From Alphaproteobacteria bacterium MarineAlpha9_Bin6 (GTDB lineage Bacteria > Pseudomonadota > Alphaproteobacteria > UBA7887), in assembly GCA_002937585.1 (NCBI GenBank), contig PTKE01000002.1:912-64911 (forward strand): DNA of 64,000 bases, written 5' to 3'. The notes under the pieces were generated by a model that was not told the origin of the DNA, searched no databases, and was given only the letters and a program-made list of their open reading frames with translations. Each line of letters opens with the position of its first letter. The stretch's first letter is position 1. Positions 39,873 through 50,353 of the stretch are shown here, in pieces. A program made the position numbers and the translations under genes.

Positions 39873-41537
39873 CTAAATTGGAACTTCAATTGCGCCTAAA
39901 CGAGCGGTGAGTTTCGTATTCTCCGAATAATCCACTGGAACAGCAATCAGGGCCGGACCCTCCTGCCGGAAAGCCTCTGTCAGTGCTGGAATAAGTTGAT
40001 CAGCGGCCGTAATGTCACGCCCCCACATGCCGTAGGCTTCAGCGAGCTTGGCGAAATCCGGATTCCCGAAAGCGAGATCCGAATGCTTGCCGTTAAAGCC
40101 GTCTTGTTGTTTCCATTTAATAAGACCGTATTCTCCGTCAACCCATACCATGGCGACGATGTTAAGCTTCCGCCGAACCGCAGTTTCCAATTCCTGCACG
40201 TTCATCAGAAATCCGGCATCGCCGCTAATTGATAGAATATTCTTCTCAGGTAAGGCCATCTTCGCGCCAAGTGAACCCGGCATTGCGAAGCCCATTGTGC
40301 AGAAACCATTAGAAATTAAGCATGTGTTGGGTTCCTGGCACTGATAATATCGGGAAATCCACATTTTGTGTGCACCGACATCCGATAACAGTACATCACT
40401 CGGTCCCATGAATTGGCGCACGTCCCACAGGATCTTCTGTGGCTTCATCGGGAATCCGGTGTCGTCTTTTTCGGCGGCAAAGTCCTCTGTAAGTGTTGCC
40501 CTGAGGTTGCCGCGTGTTTTGATGTCGAAGAGTGGCAGGCTTCCTTGGTGCCGGTCCTCGATCAATTCATTAAGCTGCCATAAGCCGTCGGCTAAATCTC
40601 CCACGATCTCGACAGTCGGTGTATAATCTCTGTCGACCTCCGCCGTCCAGAAATCCATGTGAATGATCGTTTTGCCTTCCTTGTTTGCACGGTTCCAGGC
40701 TTTGGGTGCGTATTCCACAAGATCGTAACCGCAGGAAATTATGAGATCAGCCGTGTCAAATGCCAGATTGTTGTAATCTCCCATTCCAAGGCCCATGGTG
40801 TAAAGGCAGTGTTCGTCGTCCTTCGAAATCGCTCCTTTCCCCATGAAGGTGTTCACAACCCCGACACCTAAATTGTGCGCAAGGCGGGTTAATTGCGTCG
40901 CGGCTCGTTTTCGAATTGCGCCATTTCCAGCTAGAATAATCGGATTTTTTGCATCGCCAATCAGGTCGGCGGCCATCGCGACGGCTTTGTGATCAGCACC
41001 GGGCCGGCGAGCCTTGGTTGGTGGGATAGGTGTATCGTCGATTTCCTCTCTCGCGACATCCTCGGGTAATTCGATCACGCACAGACCGGGTTTTTCGGTT
41101 TCAGCTACTTTAAAAGCCTTACGAACGATTTCGGTAATGTTCTCGGACGCTAGGACGGACTGAGCCCACTTGCTGATCGGCTTACACATTCCGATCGCAT
41201 CCATGATCTGATGGCTTTCCTTGTGTTGGCGCTTGGTCGAGCCCTGTCCGATGATCGCGACCACAGGGGCACGATCCATGTTTGCGTCTGCGATACCAGT
41301 AAGAAGGTTGGTCACTCCAGGGCCTAAGGTGGCAAGGCAAACACCTGCTTTTCCCGTTAATCTGCCATACGCGTCTGCGGCAAAGGCGGCGCCTTGCTCG
41401 TGTCGGCAAAGCACAAAGTCAATTTTGGAGTCTATCAGAGAAATCATAAAGTCAGCGTTTTCCTCCCCTGGGACGCCGAAGATGCGCTCAACGCCCTCGG
41501 CCTCGAGGCAACGGACAAAAAGGTCTGAAGCTTTCAT
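39873..41537 (-). CDS. ThDP-dependent acetolactate synthase-like enzyme (second paralogue)
   Basis: FGVPGEEN, RHEQGAAF, TLGPG.TN, HKESHQ, DVGAHK.W, GDAGF.MN.QELET. Confidence 0.88.
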   Translation of the reverse strand: MKASDLFVRCLEAEGVERIFGVPGEENADFMISLIDSKIDFVLCRHEQGAAFAADAYGRLTGKAGVCLATLGPGVTNLLTGIADANMDRAPVVAIIGQGSTKRQHKESHQIMDAIGMCKPISKWAQSVLASENITEIVRKAFKVAETEKPGLCVIELPEDVAREEIDDTPIPPTKARRPGADHKAVAMAADLIGDAKNPIILAGNGAIRKRAATQLTRLAHNLGVGVVNTFMGKGAISKDDEHCLYTMGLGMGDYNNLAFDTADLIISCGYDLVEYAPKAWNRANKEGKTIIHMDFWTAEVDRDYTPTVEIVGDLADGLWQLNELIEDRHQGSLPLFDIKTRGNLRATLTEDFAAEKDDTGFPMKPQKILWDVRQFMGPSDVLLSDVGAHKMWISRYYQCQEPNTCLISNGFCTMGFAMPGSLGAKMALPEKNILSISGDAGFLMNVQELETAVRRKLNIVAMVWVDGEYGLIKWKQQDGFNGKHSDLAFGNPDFAKLAEAYGMWGRDITAADQLIPALTEAFRQEGPALIAVPVDYSENTKLTARLGAIEVPI

Positions 41538-41993
41538 ATAAAGATCTCCTGATAACTCCAATGTTAGATAGAAAATTAAGACCGTTTGCTTTCCATCTAC
41601 CGTGGAAAAATGCTTTAGTTTTCTGTCAGATTGGGAACCCGCGACGGAATGGTCTCAATGACATTAATAAAAAGCTGTATATTCCCTACCGTTCGATGTG
41701 AAAAAACTCGTCATTACCACCATGTATCCGTGGTTAAGTTGTGTTTCTGCAGAGTGGCGTTTCAAAGACTGGCTGCTGTGCTACTGTGGCTTTGTGATTT
41801 CCCCCGTAAGGTCGGCCTTTCTTTGTTGAAGCGGTATACAGGAAGCCCTTTTGCTGTGGCCCCTACTTATTTCCACATATGAGGTCAAAGTTTTGCCCCA
41901 AAGCTGGCTCATGTTTACACTATCTGAACTTTGACTGAGTGCAAGGTCCAGAACGCGCCACGGTGGGTTAACCTGATCGTGTAGGATACGGGT

Positions 41994-44900
41994 TTGAAAA
42001 AAGTTTTATACGGTATTTCTGCCCTTTTGGGTCTTATGATTGTTGCGGCCTTAATTGTTCCTGGCCTAATTGATTGGGACCGATATAGGGATCAAATAAT
42101 TGCTCGCGCGAGCCAGGAACTGGGCCGAGACCTCTCAATCGACGGCAATATTTCGCTGTCGATTCTTCCAATTCCAACCTTTTCTGTTACGGGGATTCGG
42201 GTAGCGAACCTTGAGGGCGCAGGCACGCGTGAGATGGTTCAGCTAAAATCATTGAATGTCCAAGTCGCGCTCTTGCCCCTTTTTGCCGGATCAATCGAGG
42301 TTGCGCGGATTGTTTTAATAGAACCAGATATTATCCTTGAACGTTTGCCCGATGGCCGCACGAACTGGTCTTTAGCCGATCCAAAAGTCGTCATGCGCAG
42401 CCCTGAGGGTGTTAAGACTTTTCCTCAAGTTTCTCTCGACGAAATCAGCATCCAAAATGGTGCTTTGACCTACACTGACTCGGCCAAAGGTCTGACGGAA
42501 CGCTTTGAAAAAATCAATCTGACTGTTTCGGCACCAAGTTTAAGCGGGCCATTTGACGTATTTGGTTCAATCAATTTCCGTGACGTTAGGGTGGAGATTG
42601 GCGCCGGACTCGTCGAATTCATGAGCGACAAACGAATCGCGGTAAAGGGCACGCTATTAACCGAAGGCCTGTCTTTGAACTTTGCAGCAACATCTGATTT
42701 GGACCGCGTGCCCTTTATAGAAGGGCGCGTGAGTCTCAATGAGGACGGGGTGGGGAGTGCTCTCGCATTCATGAAACAGTTTGTCGAAGGTGATTTCTCC
42801 GTAGCTGCGCTATCCGCTCAGCCAACCTCGTTGGACGGCAAATTTTCCTATCACAGTGAGACTTTGAAAATAGATTCTGCGTCGCTAAGACTTGGTTATG
42901 TCTCTGGAAATATTTCTGGTGAAGTGTCGTTGTCGGCGCCTATAAATTTTGACATGACTCTTGCTTTAGGGCGACTTGACTTGGACGAATTGTCTGAGCT
43001 TTGGCCGGGCCCCAAGCGCGGTTCGTTGCAGTCGAATGAGGTTCTCGAGAGCGCTTCTCGGCGCCAGTCCGATGCGAATAGTTTCAATCTTCCCGGGAGC
43101 CTGAAGGGTAATCTAGACGTAACTGTGGATGCTGTTTTGTATCGCTCGCAGGCAATTCGTGACTTGACGATCCGTATTGGTCTGGCTGGTAGCACGATTG
43201 ATGTAAAGGAAGTCTCTGCGCTTTTGCCTGGTGGATCCGACGTGACTTTCTTTGGGTCTCTCGGATCCGAGAACGGTGTGCCCCATTTTGTTGGCCAAAT
43301 TAACGGCGGATCCGACAATTTTAGAGCTTTGCTCGAATGGATGGCGTTTGATGTTGGTGAGGTTCCAGCTGATCGATTGCGTCGCATAAACTTGTCGGCT
43401 GCAATCGACGGGACACTGAGTTCCGGAAAAGTGAAAGACATCGATTTGTATTTTGACGCTACCCAGCTTAGGGGCGGTGTTGATTATGCGATACATGGTT
43501 CTCGGCCGGGTTTCGGCATTAGACTCGACCTAGATCAATTAAATTTAGATGCCTATTTGCCGCAAACAACCACGGACTCCAGCCTATCGTCCGACAAGGC
43601 GTTAATTCCAAATGATTCCAACGATCATGTGGTGGCAATGGATCCACTGATCCCTCCCGCCGTACTCCAAGCTCTGTTGGCCTTCGATGCTGATTTCAAT
43701 ATTCGACTTAATAATTTGACTCTACACGGAACGCCAATGAGTGGCTTGGTGCTCGATGGGCTCTTGCATCAAAACTCACTCCGTCTACGTCAGGTCAGCA
43801 TTGGTGATCTCACCGGGTCTACTATAAATCTTTCCGGATTGATATCAGGGTTAGACGGCGTGCCATCCGTGGATGGGAAGATAAGTTTTAGCACTGAAAA
43901 GCTCGCCACACTAGTTCGCGTCGTACCATTGCTGCAGGGCTTACCACCAGTGTTGTTAGGGCCGCTAGGCGTTGATGCAAAATTCAACGGATCGATGGAG
44001 ATGCTGGAGTTAGAGGGAACAATTGCGGCGCTTGACAGTCAACTAAAGGTTAAGGGGACGTTCACGGACCCATTAGAATTCCTGCGGTACGACGTTGTTA
44101 CACAATTCGAAAGCCCGAATCTGGGAGCTTTGGTACAATCTGTCGCCAACAGTGACGTAATGGGCGCGGCTAATGGCTTTGAACTCGATGGTCCTATCTC
44201 CGTCGCTCTCGATGCTGATGGCGATATTTCTGGATTGCATTTTGAGAGTATCGTGAAGTTTGCTGGCGGAGAGATCGAGGTGGCTGGATCTGTCTTACAT
44301 CTTTTGGATGAGCCAGAAATTCAGCTTAGAGGCGTACTAAAACATCCGAAGCTGTATTCTTTGGTAGAAATTTTGGGTCGTGAATTAGATGAATCGATAC
44401 CTTTATTTGAAAGCCCGATTGCGCTCGAACTGTCCGCTGACGGGCCGCTTGAGGAACTCGATCTGGAAGGCCAGTTGACCTTAGCGGAATTAGCATTGGA
44501 CTTTGAGGGGAGAGTCCAGGGTTTACCAACACCACTATTTTATGAGTCAAAAATTTATATGACTCACCCGGATTTAACCACACTGCTTGTAAGTTTAGGT
44601 TTGTCTGGGCCCGCTACGGCCATGAAAAGTCCTCTAACATTGGTGGCTGAGGTCAACGGCACTCCCGAACTACTATCGGTTCCGAAAATAGATTTGACCG
44701 TGGCCGAGGCAAACATCATTGGAAGCATAGAAATTGAATTTGGTGGTGAGAGGCCCAGGCTTACGGCTGATTTGAGGGCCGGTGACGTTGCTGTTGCGCA
44801 TTTCTTGGCGCCAGCGGTTGTATATGGCTCGGATAAAAACGCGATCCGGGCCGAGTCCAATCCTTCAGCACCCACTGTGGGGTCTGCGGATACGGGTAAG

Positions 44901-45956
44901 CGCTGGTCGGGCAGGCCGATTGATTTAACCGGGTTGGGTGCGCTTGATGCGAACATCAAACTACAGGCTGATTCAATAACGTTTTTTAACCAAAAGTTGG
45001 GCAACGCGCGCCTCGTATTACATTTAGATGATGGTTATTTGACTATTGAGCAACTTTCGGGTCGTATCTTTGACGGCGAGATTGAACTCTCTGCGAAGAT
45101 CGATGGTCGTGCAGCACCAATTGTGGAGGTATCCGTCAAACTCGGAGATGGCGATATACAGCAGCTTTTTTCAGCAATCGCTCAAATCGACGGGGTTACC
45201 GGGAAAATAGATGCCGAGTTTGAAATTAGTGGGCAAGGCCGAAGTCAGCAGGAATTAGTGGCCTCACTGAATGGCGGAGGCCGAATTAAAAATACGAGTG
45301 AAGGAACTATCGACGGGATCAATTTGCGATCTTTGTCCGACCAAATTAATGAATTGGACGACGTTGGTGACTTTATTAACTTAGCAAGAACTAGCTTTGA
45401 GGGGGGTTCCTCCCTTTATACAGAGCTTAGCGGTCATTTCAGTGTGGTGAATGGGGAACTGCAAACGGATGATTTGCGTGTGGTAGCAGACGGCGGCGTC
45501 GGTGACATAGTTGGTGTGATTGATTTGGCTAGCTGGACGCAGGATCTCTCTGTAACGTTTACGTTGACAGACCATCCTGAAATCCCACCGATTAAGCTAA
45601 ATTTGAGCGGTTCACTCGACAAACCAAGCCAGAGTATCCAAACAGGCGAGATTGAGAAATTTCTGTTGGAGCGTGGTCTCCGAGCGGCACTTCGGGAAAC
45701 TGCGGCAGGTGGAGAGTTGGGCGTTGCGACTAAGGTTATCGAGGGCTTGATCAGTAAAGGTGATCCACAAAATTTATCGGATGACATTCGAGGAGTTGCC
45801 GAAGCCCTGATTGATCAGCTGATTGGCGTTGACGGTTCGGATGATAGAGAGGTGGGGTCTGTACCGGGCGGTTCCCCTGTTCCGTTGCCGATTCCAGTGG
45901 ACAAAGATCCCGAGGATCCGTTTAAAAACCTCATTCAGGAACTGCTGCGTGAATGA
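41994..45956 (+). CDS. AsmA-family protein (long, bridge-like beta-groove)
   Basis: N-terminal TM anchor then IDWDRYRDQI...LGR.L.IDG.I.LS.LP.P, LER..DGR.NW; C-terminal NG...T.DL and L..SG.LD.P. Confidence 0.85.
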   Translation: MKKVLYGISALLGLMIVAALIVPGLIDWDRYRDQIIARASQELGRDLSIDGNISLSILPIPTFSVTGIRVANLEGAGTREMVQLKSLNVQVALLPLFAGSIEVARIVLIEPDIILERLPDGRTNWSLADPKVVMRSPEGVKTFPQVSLDEISIQNGALTYTDSAKGLTERFEKINLTVSAPSLSGPFDVFGSINFRDVRVEIGAGLVEFMSDKRIAVKGTLLTEGLSLNFAATSDLDRVPFIEGRVSLNEDGVGSALAFMKQFVEGDFSVAALSAQPTSLDGKFSYHSETLKIDSASLRLGYVSGNISGEVSLSAPINFDMTLALGRLDLDELSELWPGPKRGSLQSNEVLESASRRQSDANSFNLPGSLKGNLDVTVDAVLYRSQAIRDLTIRIGLAGSTIDVKEVSALLPGGSDVTFFGSLGSENGVPHFVGQINGGSDNFRALLEWMAFDVGEVPADRLRRINLSAAIDGTLSSGKVKDIDLYFDATQLRGGVDYAIHGSRPGFGIRLDLDQLNLDAYLPQTTTDSSLSSDKALIPNDSNDHVVAMDPLIPPAVLQALLAFDADFNIRLNNLTLHGTPMSGLVLDGLLHQNSLRLRQVSIGDLTGSTINLSGLISGLDGVPSVDGKISFSTEKLATLVRVVPLLQGLPPVLLGPLGVDAKFNGSMEMLELEGTIAALDSQLKVKGTFTDPLEFLRYDVVTQFESPNLGALVQSVANSDVMGAANGFELDGPISVALDADGDISGLHFESIVKFAGGEIEVAGSVLHLLDEPEIQLRGVLKHPKLYSLVEILGRELDESIPLFESPIALELSADGPLEELDLEGQLTLAELALDFEGRVQGLPTPLFYESKIYMTHPDLTTLLVSLGLSGPATAMKSPLTLVAEVNGTPELLSVPKIDLTVAEANIIGSIEIEFGGERPRLTADLRAGDVAVAHFLAPAVVYGSDKNAIRAESNPSAPTVGSADTGKRWSGRPIDLTGLGALDANIKLQADSITFFNQKLGNARLVLHLDDGYLTIEQLSGRIFDGEIELSAKIDGRAAPIVEVSVKLGDGDIQQLFSAIAQIDGVTGKIDAEFEISGQGRSQQELVASLNGGGRIKNTSEGTIDGINLRSLSDQINELDDVGDFINLARTSFEGGSSLYTELSGHFSVVNGELQTDDLRVVADGGVGDIVGVIDLASWTQDLSVTFTLTDHPEIPPIKLNLSGSLDKPSQSIQTGEIEKFLLERGLRAALRETAAGGELGVATKVIEGLISKGDPQNLSDDIRGVAEALIDQLIGVDGSDDREVGSVPGGSPVPLPIPVDKDPEDPFKNLIQELLRE

Positions 45957-46181
45957 TCTCCGAGGGTTTACTCACCTGGAAATCTAATCAGTTTAGGATA
46001 GCATAAGTGCGTCAAACGCTTTTGTGTGGATGTTCGAGTTTTTTTATCTGATCTCCGTATTGCTTTGGCACACTACGTGACATGATTTTTGCTTGTCAGC
46101 GTGGCAAGCAGATGTCGTGTTTTACGCTTGTGCGCACCGGAGGAAGCTATGCTAATCTGTACGTCCGATTTTGGAGGGGTC

Positions 46182-46547
46182 ATGAAATACATACGCTGTC
46201 TGGTTATAATCTGCGCAATTGCGCTGACTGGCACAACCTCAACGTTGGCAAACTGTGGTGCCGGGCCAAAGCAACCGGAACTGCCAAACGGTGCAACTGC
46301 AGGGCCTGAGGAAATGAAAACAGCATTAGATGCCACTGCGACTTTCGATGTGGCGGTTAAAAATTATGCCGATTGTCTTATCGCTGCTGCGCAGGAAGAC
46401 GCAGACCTTGTCGCTGCCGCGCAGGAAGCTATAGAAGAGTACAACAGACTAATTGCTGCTGCGCAGACGGCGATGGATGAGCGAAATGCTTTGGTGGAAC
46501 GGTGGAATGCGGAGGCTGGAATCTTCAGGGCTCGTCTGGCTGATTAA
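46182..46547 (+). CDS. Small secreted hypothetical protein
   Basis: GGAGG RBS, signal-peptide-like N-terminus, C..P..P.LP.GATA..EEM...Y..CL, helical Ala-rich C-terminus. Confidence 0.7.
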   Translation: MKYIRCLVIICAIALTGTTSTLANCGAGPKQPELPNGATAGPEEMKTALDATATFDVAVKNYADCLIAAAQEDADLVAAAQEAIEEYNRLIAAAQTAMDERNALVERWNAEAGIFRARLAD

Positions 46548-46627
46548 ACGGCAAACTTCCTTTTCGTCGGTAGAGTTCTGCGGCGATGGTTGAAATTCGG
46601 GTTGTTTCTGTCGAGTAGGAGTATGCA

Positions 46628-48238
46628 TCAGAAGCTGTCAAAAAAATCATTCCCTTTGTCGTCTACCACGATGAAAGCCGGGAAGTCCTCTACCTCTATT
46701 TTCCATATTGCTTCCATTCCCAGATCTTCGAACGCGATGCACTCGACCTTTTTAATGCAGTCCCGGGCGAGCCGAGCCCCGGGGCCGCCGACTGAACCTA
46801 AATAGAAGCCACCGTGTTTTTTGCATGCTTCAGTCACAGCTTTTGAGCGATTGCCCTTAGCGAGCATCACCATCGATCCCCCTGATGCCTGAAACTGGTC
46901 GACGAAAGGATCCATTCGTGCTGCTGTAGTAGGGCCAAAAGATCCAGTCACGTAACCTTTTGGGGTTTTGGCGGGGCCGGCGTAGTAGATGCAGTACTGC
47001 TTGAAGTAGTCGGGCAAATCTTTGCCGGCTTCGAGCTGGTCTCGTAGTCTTGCGTGAGCTGCGTCACGAGCAACAATCATAGGCCCTGACACGGATAACC
47101 GTGTCTTGACTGGGTGTTTGGTCAACGTGTGTCGCAACTCATCCATTGGATGATTTAAGTCGACTCGGATGACATCCCCGCCAAGTTCTCCGCTGGTAAT
47201 ATCGGGCAGATACTTAGCAGGATTGGTCTCCAGTTGTTCAAGGTATACGCCGTCGCTGGTAATCTTGCCTAGTGCTTGCCGGTCGGCTGAGCATGAAACT
47301 CCAATACCGATCGGCAAACTGGCGCCATGTCTAGGTAGCCGGATCACACGAACATCATGGCAAAAATACTTGCCACCGAATTGAGCTCCGATTCCGAATT
47401 TTTGTGTAAGTTGATGCAGTTCTTGCTCAAGCGAAATATCGCGATAAGCGGTGCCGTGATGGCTTCCTTTGGTAGGCAGGCTATCCAAGTATCGGCAACT
47501 GGCTAACTTAACTGTCTTAAGAGTCATTTCCGCGGACGTTCCGCCAATTACAACTGCCAAGTGGTATGGGGGGCACGCTGCGGTACCAAGAGCACGTAAT
47601 TTGTCGTCAAAGAATTCTAATAGACGTTTCGGATGCAAGCGGGCGGGACTTTCCTGATAAAGAAAAGTTTTATTGGCGGAGCCCCCACCCTTCGCAATAA
47701 ATAAAAATTTGTATGCATCTCCAGGTGTTTCATAAATTTCAATCTGCGCGGGCAAGTTAGTCTGGGTGTTTGCTTCTTTGTACATTTCTAACGGGGAGGT
47801 CTGACTGTAGCGAAGGTTAAGTTCCTGGAAAACTTGATGGATGCCACGGGCTATCGCTTCTTCGTCGTTATATCCGGTCCAAATGTTTTGGCCCTTCTTC
47901 CCCATGATAATGGCAGTACCAGTATCTTGGCACATAGGAAGAATTCCAGCCGCGGATATGTTCGCGTTCTTTAATAGATCAAGTGCAACGAAGCGGTCGT
48001 TGTCTGAAGCCTCTGGGTCGACGAATATTTTGGAGAGCTGCGCAAGATGTCCTGGCCGCAGCAAATGCGAAATATCCTTGAATGCTTCAAAGGTGAGTTG
48101 AGTCAGAGCCTCGGAATCTACCTTTAGTAAAGTTGTTCCTTCGAAAGGTACCCTGCTGACGAAATCAACAGACAATTTCCGGTATGGCGTTTCGTCTGGC
48201 CCCAACGGGAACATTTCCTGAAAGCTGAAATTGGTCAT
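46628..48238 (-). CDS. fumA: Class I fumarate hydratase (Fe-S)
   Basis: [51 protein letters not shown]. Confidence 0.95.
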   Translation of the reverse strand: MTNFSFQEMFPLGPDETPYRKLSVDFVSRVPFEGTTLLKVDSEALTQLTFEAFKDISHLLRPGHLAQLSKIFVDPEASDNDRFVALDLLKNANISAAGILPMCQDTGTAIIMGKKGQNIWTGYNDEEAIARGIHQVFQELNLRYSQTSPLEMYKEANTQTNLPAQIEIYETPGDAYKFLFIAKGGGSANKTFLYQESPARLHPKRLLEFFDDKLRALGTAACPPYHLAVVIGGTSAEMTLKTVKLASCRYLDSLPTKGSHHGTAYRDISLEQELHQLTQKFGIGAQFGGKYFCHDVRVIRLPRHGASLPIGIGVSCSADRQALGKITSDGVYLEQLETNPAKYLPDITSGELGGDVIRVDLNHPMDELRHTLTKHPVKTRLSVSGPMIVARDAAHARLRDQLEAGKDLPDYFKQYCIYYAGPAKTPKGYVTGSFGPTTAARMDPFVDQFQASGGSMVMLAKGNRSKAVTEACKKHGGFYLGSVGGPGARLARDCIKKVECIAFEDLGMEAIWKIEVEDFPAFIVVDDKGNDFFDSF

Positions 48239-48402
48239 TATACACGATCCTTCGCCTGCGCTTTGATGGTTCCCAGGCCGCAGCCGTAGAGAGGCTCTAC
48301 TTTGGCTGTATCTGCCCTTTTTCGGTGGAGGATATGACCCTAAATGACCAGCTACCTACTATGGGTGGTGTTTATACAAGTAGGTCGCAAGCCACGGTTG
48401 GG

Positions 48403-48894
48403 TTAATTCTTCCGGAAGGCATCAAGGGCTACAATCTTAGGGCCAGGCATGTCGTCGTCTTGTTCAGTCGTCGGAGGATCCTTTTTAGTTTTGTCGCCGG
48501 TTACAATACTGGTCGATGCTTTGGTTTTGTTGATGATCGGGTCTTTTCCGAACTGAAGTCCAAAGTTTGCACGCTGATCTGCAAACCCTGACATGGCGGC
48601 AAGTGGTATCACTAGCTGGTGCGGGACGTTATCGAAGTTTAAGGTGACGCGGAACTGTGCATCGTCAACTTTAAGGTCCCAATACTGGTTTTGCAGGATG
48701 ATAGTCATCTCATCCGGAAATTGGTCACGTAGATTATCAGCGATTTGCACGCCCTTGGCTCGAGTCTTGAACGAAATGTACAAATGGTGGCCCGTGGGTA
48801 ACCCGTCGGACGCAACCTTTCGGAGGGCTTCACGTACTACCGTGCGCAATGCGTCTTCAACAAGTTTTTCGTAATTTAGACAATTATCGTTCAT
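48403..48894 (-). CDS. sspB: ClpXP adaptor SspB (alphaproteobacterial type)
   Basis: Y..LV..ALR.VV, GLP..HH.YI.F.T, P.EMTI.LQ.Q.W.L, C-terminal IVALDAFRK; next to ssrA. Confidence 0.92.
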   Translation of the reverse strand: MNDNCLNYEKLVEDALRTVVREALRKVASDGLPTGHHLYISFKTRAKGVQIADNLRDQFPDEMTIILQNQYWDLKVDDAQFRVTLNFDNVPHQLVIPLAAMSGFADQRANFGLQFGKDPIINKTKASTSIVTGDKTKKDPPTTEQDDDMPGPKIVALDAFRKN

Positions 48895-48917
48895 ATTACG
48901 GCCGAATAAAGTGTAAT

Positions 48918-49210
48918 CAGTGAGGGGCTTCTGTTGCCCGGCGCCCCCCGGACCGCGCTTACCTAGAAATTCTAAGCAGCGAGTGCCAATTGATTATCGT
49001 TGGCAGTTGTGTTTTTGACCCGATAACGGTGGTATCATGCCGAGCAAAAACCGCACCTTTACCACGCATGTCGAACCTAGTTCGCCCCCATAGAGATCCG
49101 CGTTGCTGTGCGGAAAAATTTACTAAGTGGTGGAGGCGCCGGGTACTGCCCCCGGGTCCATGACGCTTATTACATACGCCGTTTATTGCCATAGTCGGAT
49201 AACCGACGCT
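48918..49210 (-). ncRNA. ssrA: tmRNA, circularly permuted two-piece form; tag (A)ANDNQLALAA
   Basis: Acceptor piece ends ...CCCGGGGGCAGTACCCGGCGCCTCCACCA (3' end 49128); 38-nt intervening segment; coding piece starts GGGGGCG at 49089 (G3.U70 wobble); tag codons 49004-48972 end in TAG; outer ends approximate. Confidence 0.95.
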
Positions 49211-49313
49211 TTATATATACGCTCGGTTGATTAATATTGAAAGGCCGGCAACGCTAGTCGAGGGCGTGTTTGCTGATTGGCCTAGACACTGCGGGAAGGC
49301 TAATCTAGTGACT

Positions 49314-50276
49314 ATGAACGAGCCGCCGTTGCCTAAAATTTCTTTAACCCCTGAGCAGGAGAGTGAACTTTCGATGCAGCGTTCGCTGCACTTCGAAACG
49401 CATCGGGCTACAGTGCTCGCGCTAGAGGAGTTGCTCTATAAACCATTTTCGGTCCTCGATCACGGATTCATCAGGGTCGTAGATTATATGGGAGACGATA
49501 GTGCGGTGGTTCAAGCAGCACGAGTTTCTTATGGCACCGGTACAAAAAAGGTTAGAGAGGATCGAGGTTTGATTCGTTATCTCATTCGGCATCGACACAC
49601 GACACCTTTTGAGATGTGTGAAATAAAGTTCCACGTCAAATTGCCAATTTTTGTGGCCCGTCAGTGGGTCCGTCACCGAACCGCCAATATCAATGAATAT
49701 TCGGCAAGGTATTCGTTTCTTGACAACGAGTTTTACGTACCGGCGCCGGAAAATCTGGCAACCCAATCAAGTGCTAACCGACAAGGAAGGGGTCCCGTTT
49801 TAGAGGGTGAAGAGGCGGCAAATGTAATGCGTGTGTTGCGTGAAGATGCTAGCCGTGCACATGCACATTACGTTGAAATGATGAACGAGGACGATGGTAG
49901 GACAGTCCAGGAGGATGACCGGCAAGGATTAGCACGAGAACTTGCGCGCATGAACCTGACTCTCAATTTTTACACCCAGTGGTATTGGAAGGTAAATCTG
50001 CACAATCTAATGCATTTTCTTTCCTTACGGGCTGACAAGCATGCGCAGTATGAGATTCGTGCCTATGCTGATGTGATGCTGGGCATTTTCAAGCAATGGG
50101 TTCCGCTTACATATGAAGCATTTTGCGACTATCGACTACGTGCAACGGAAATGTCGGCGCAAGCTCTCGCTGTAGTGCGGCGCTTACTCGCTGGCGAGCC
50201 AGTAGAGCAGCTGGACAGTGGTTTATCAAAACGCGAATGGCGTGAATTGATGGCGGTTATGGCTCGCGACATATAA
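49314..50276 (+). CDS. thyX: FAD-dependent thymidylate synthase
   Basis: AARVSY, H.TPFE, RQWVRHR...NEYSARY, RELAR, LR...HAQYEIR; start approximate. Confidence 0.95.
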   Translation: MNEPPLPKISLTPEQESELSMQRSLHFETHRATVLALEELLYKPFSVLDHGFIRVVDYMGDDSAVVQAARVSYGTGTKKVREDRGLIRYLIRHRHTTPFEMCEIKFHVKLPIFVARQWVRHRTANINEYSARYSFLDNEFYVPAPENLATQSSANRQGRGPVLEGEEAANVMRVLREDASRAHAHYVEMMNEDDGRTVQEDDRQGLARELARMNLTLNFYTQWYWKVNLHNLMHFLSLRADKHAQYEIRAYADVMLGIFKQWVPLTYEAFCDYRLRATEMSAQALAVVRRLLAGEPVEQLDSGLSKREWRELMAVMARDI

Positions 50277-50353
50277 CCGACGGAACTTGTCTTTTCACGG
50301 CTATTGGTTTTACTCGATGTCGGTTTCAAACAAACTCCGTTCCCAGTGAAACA

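Noticed and set aside
48959..49192. 77-aa ORF
   Set aside because: Lies within the tmRNA gene and has no protein-like features
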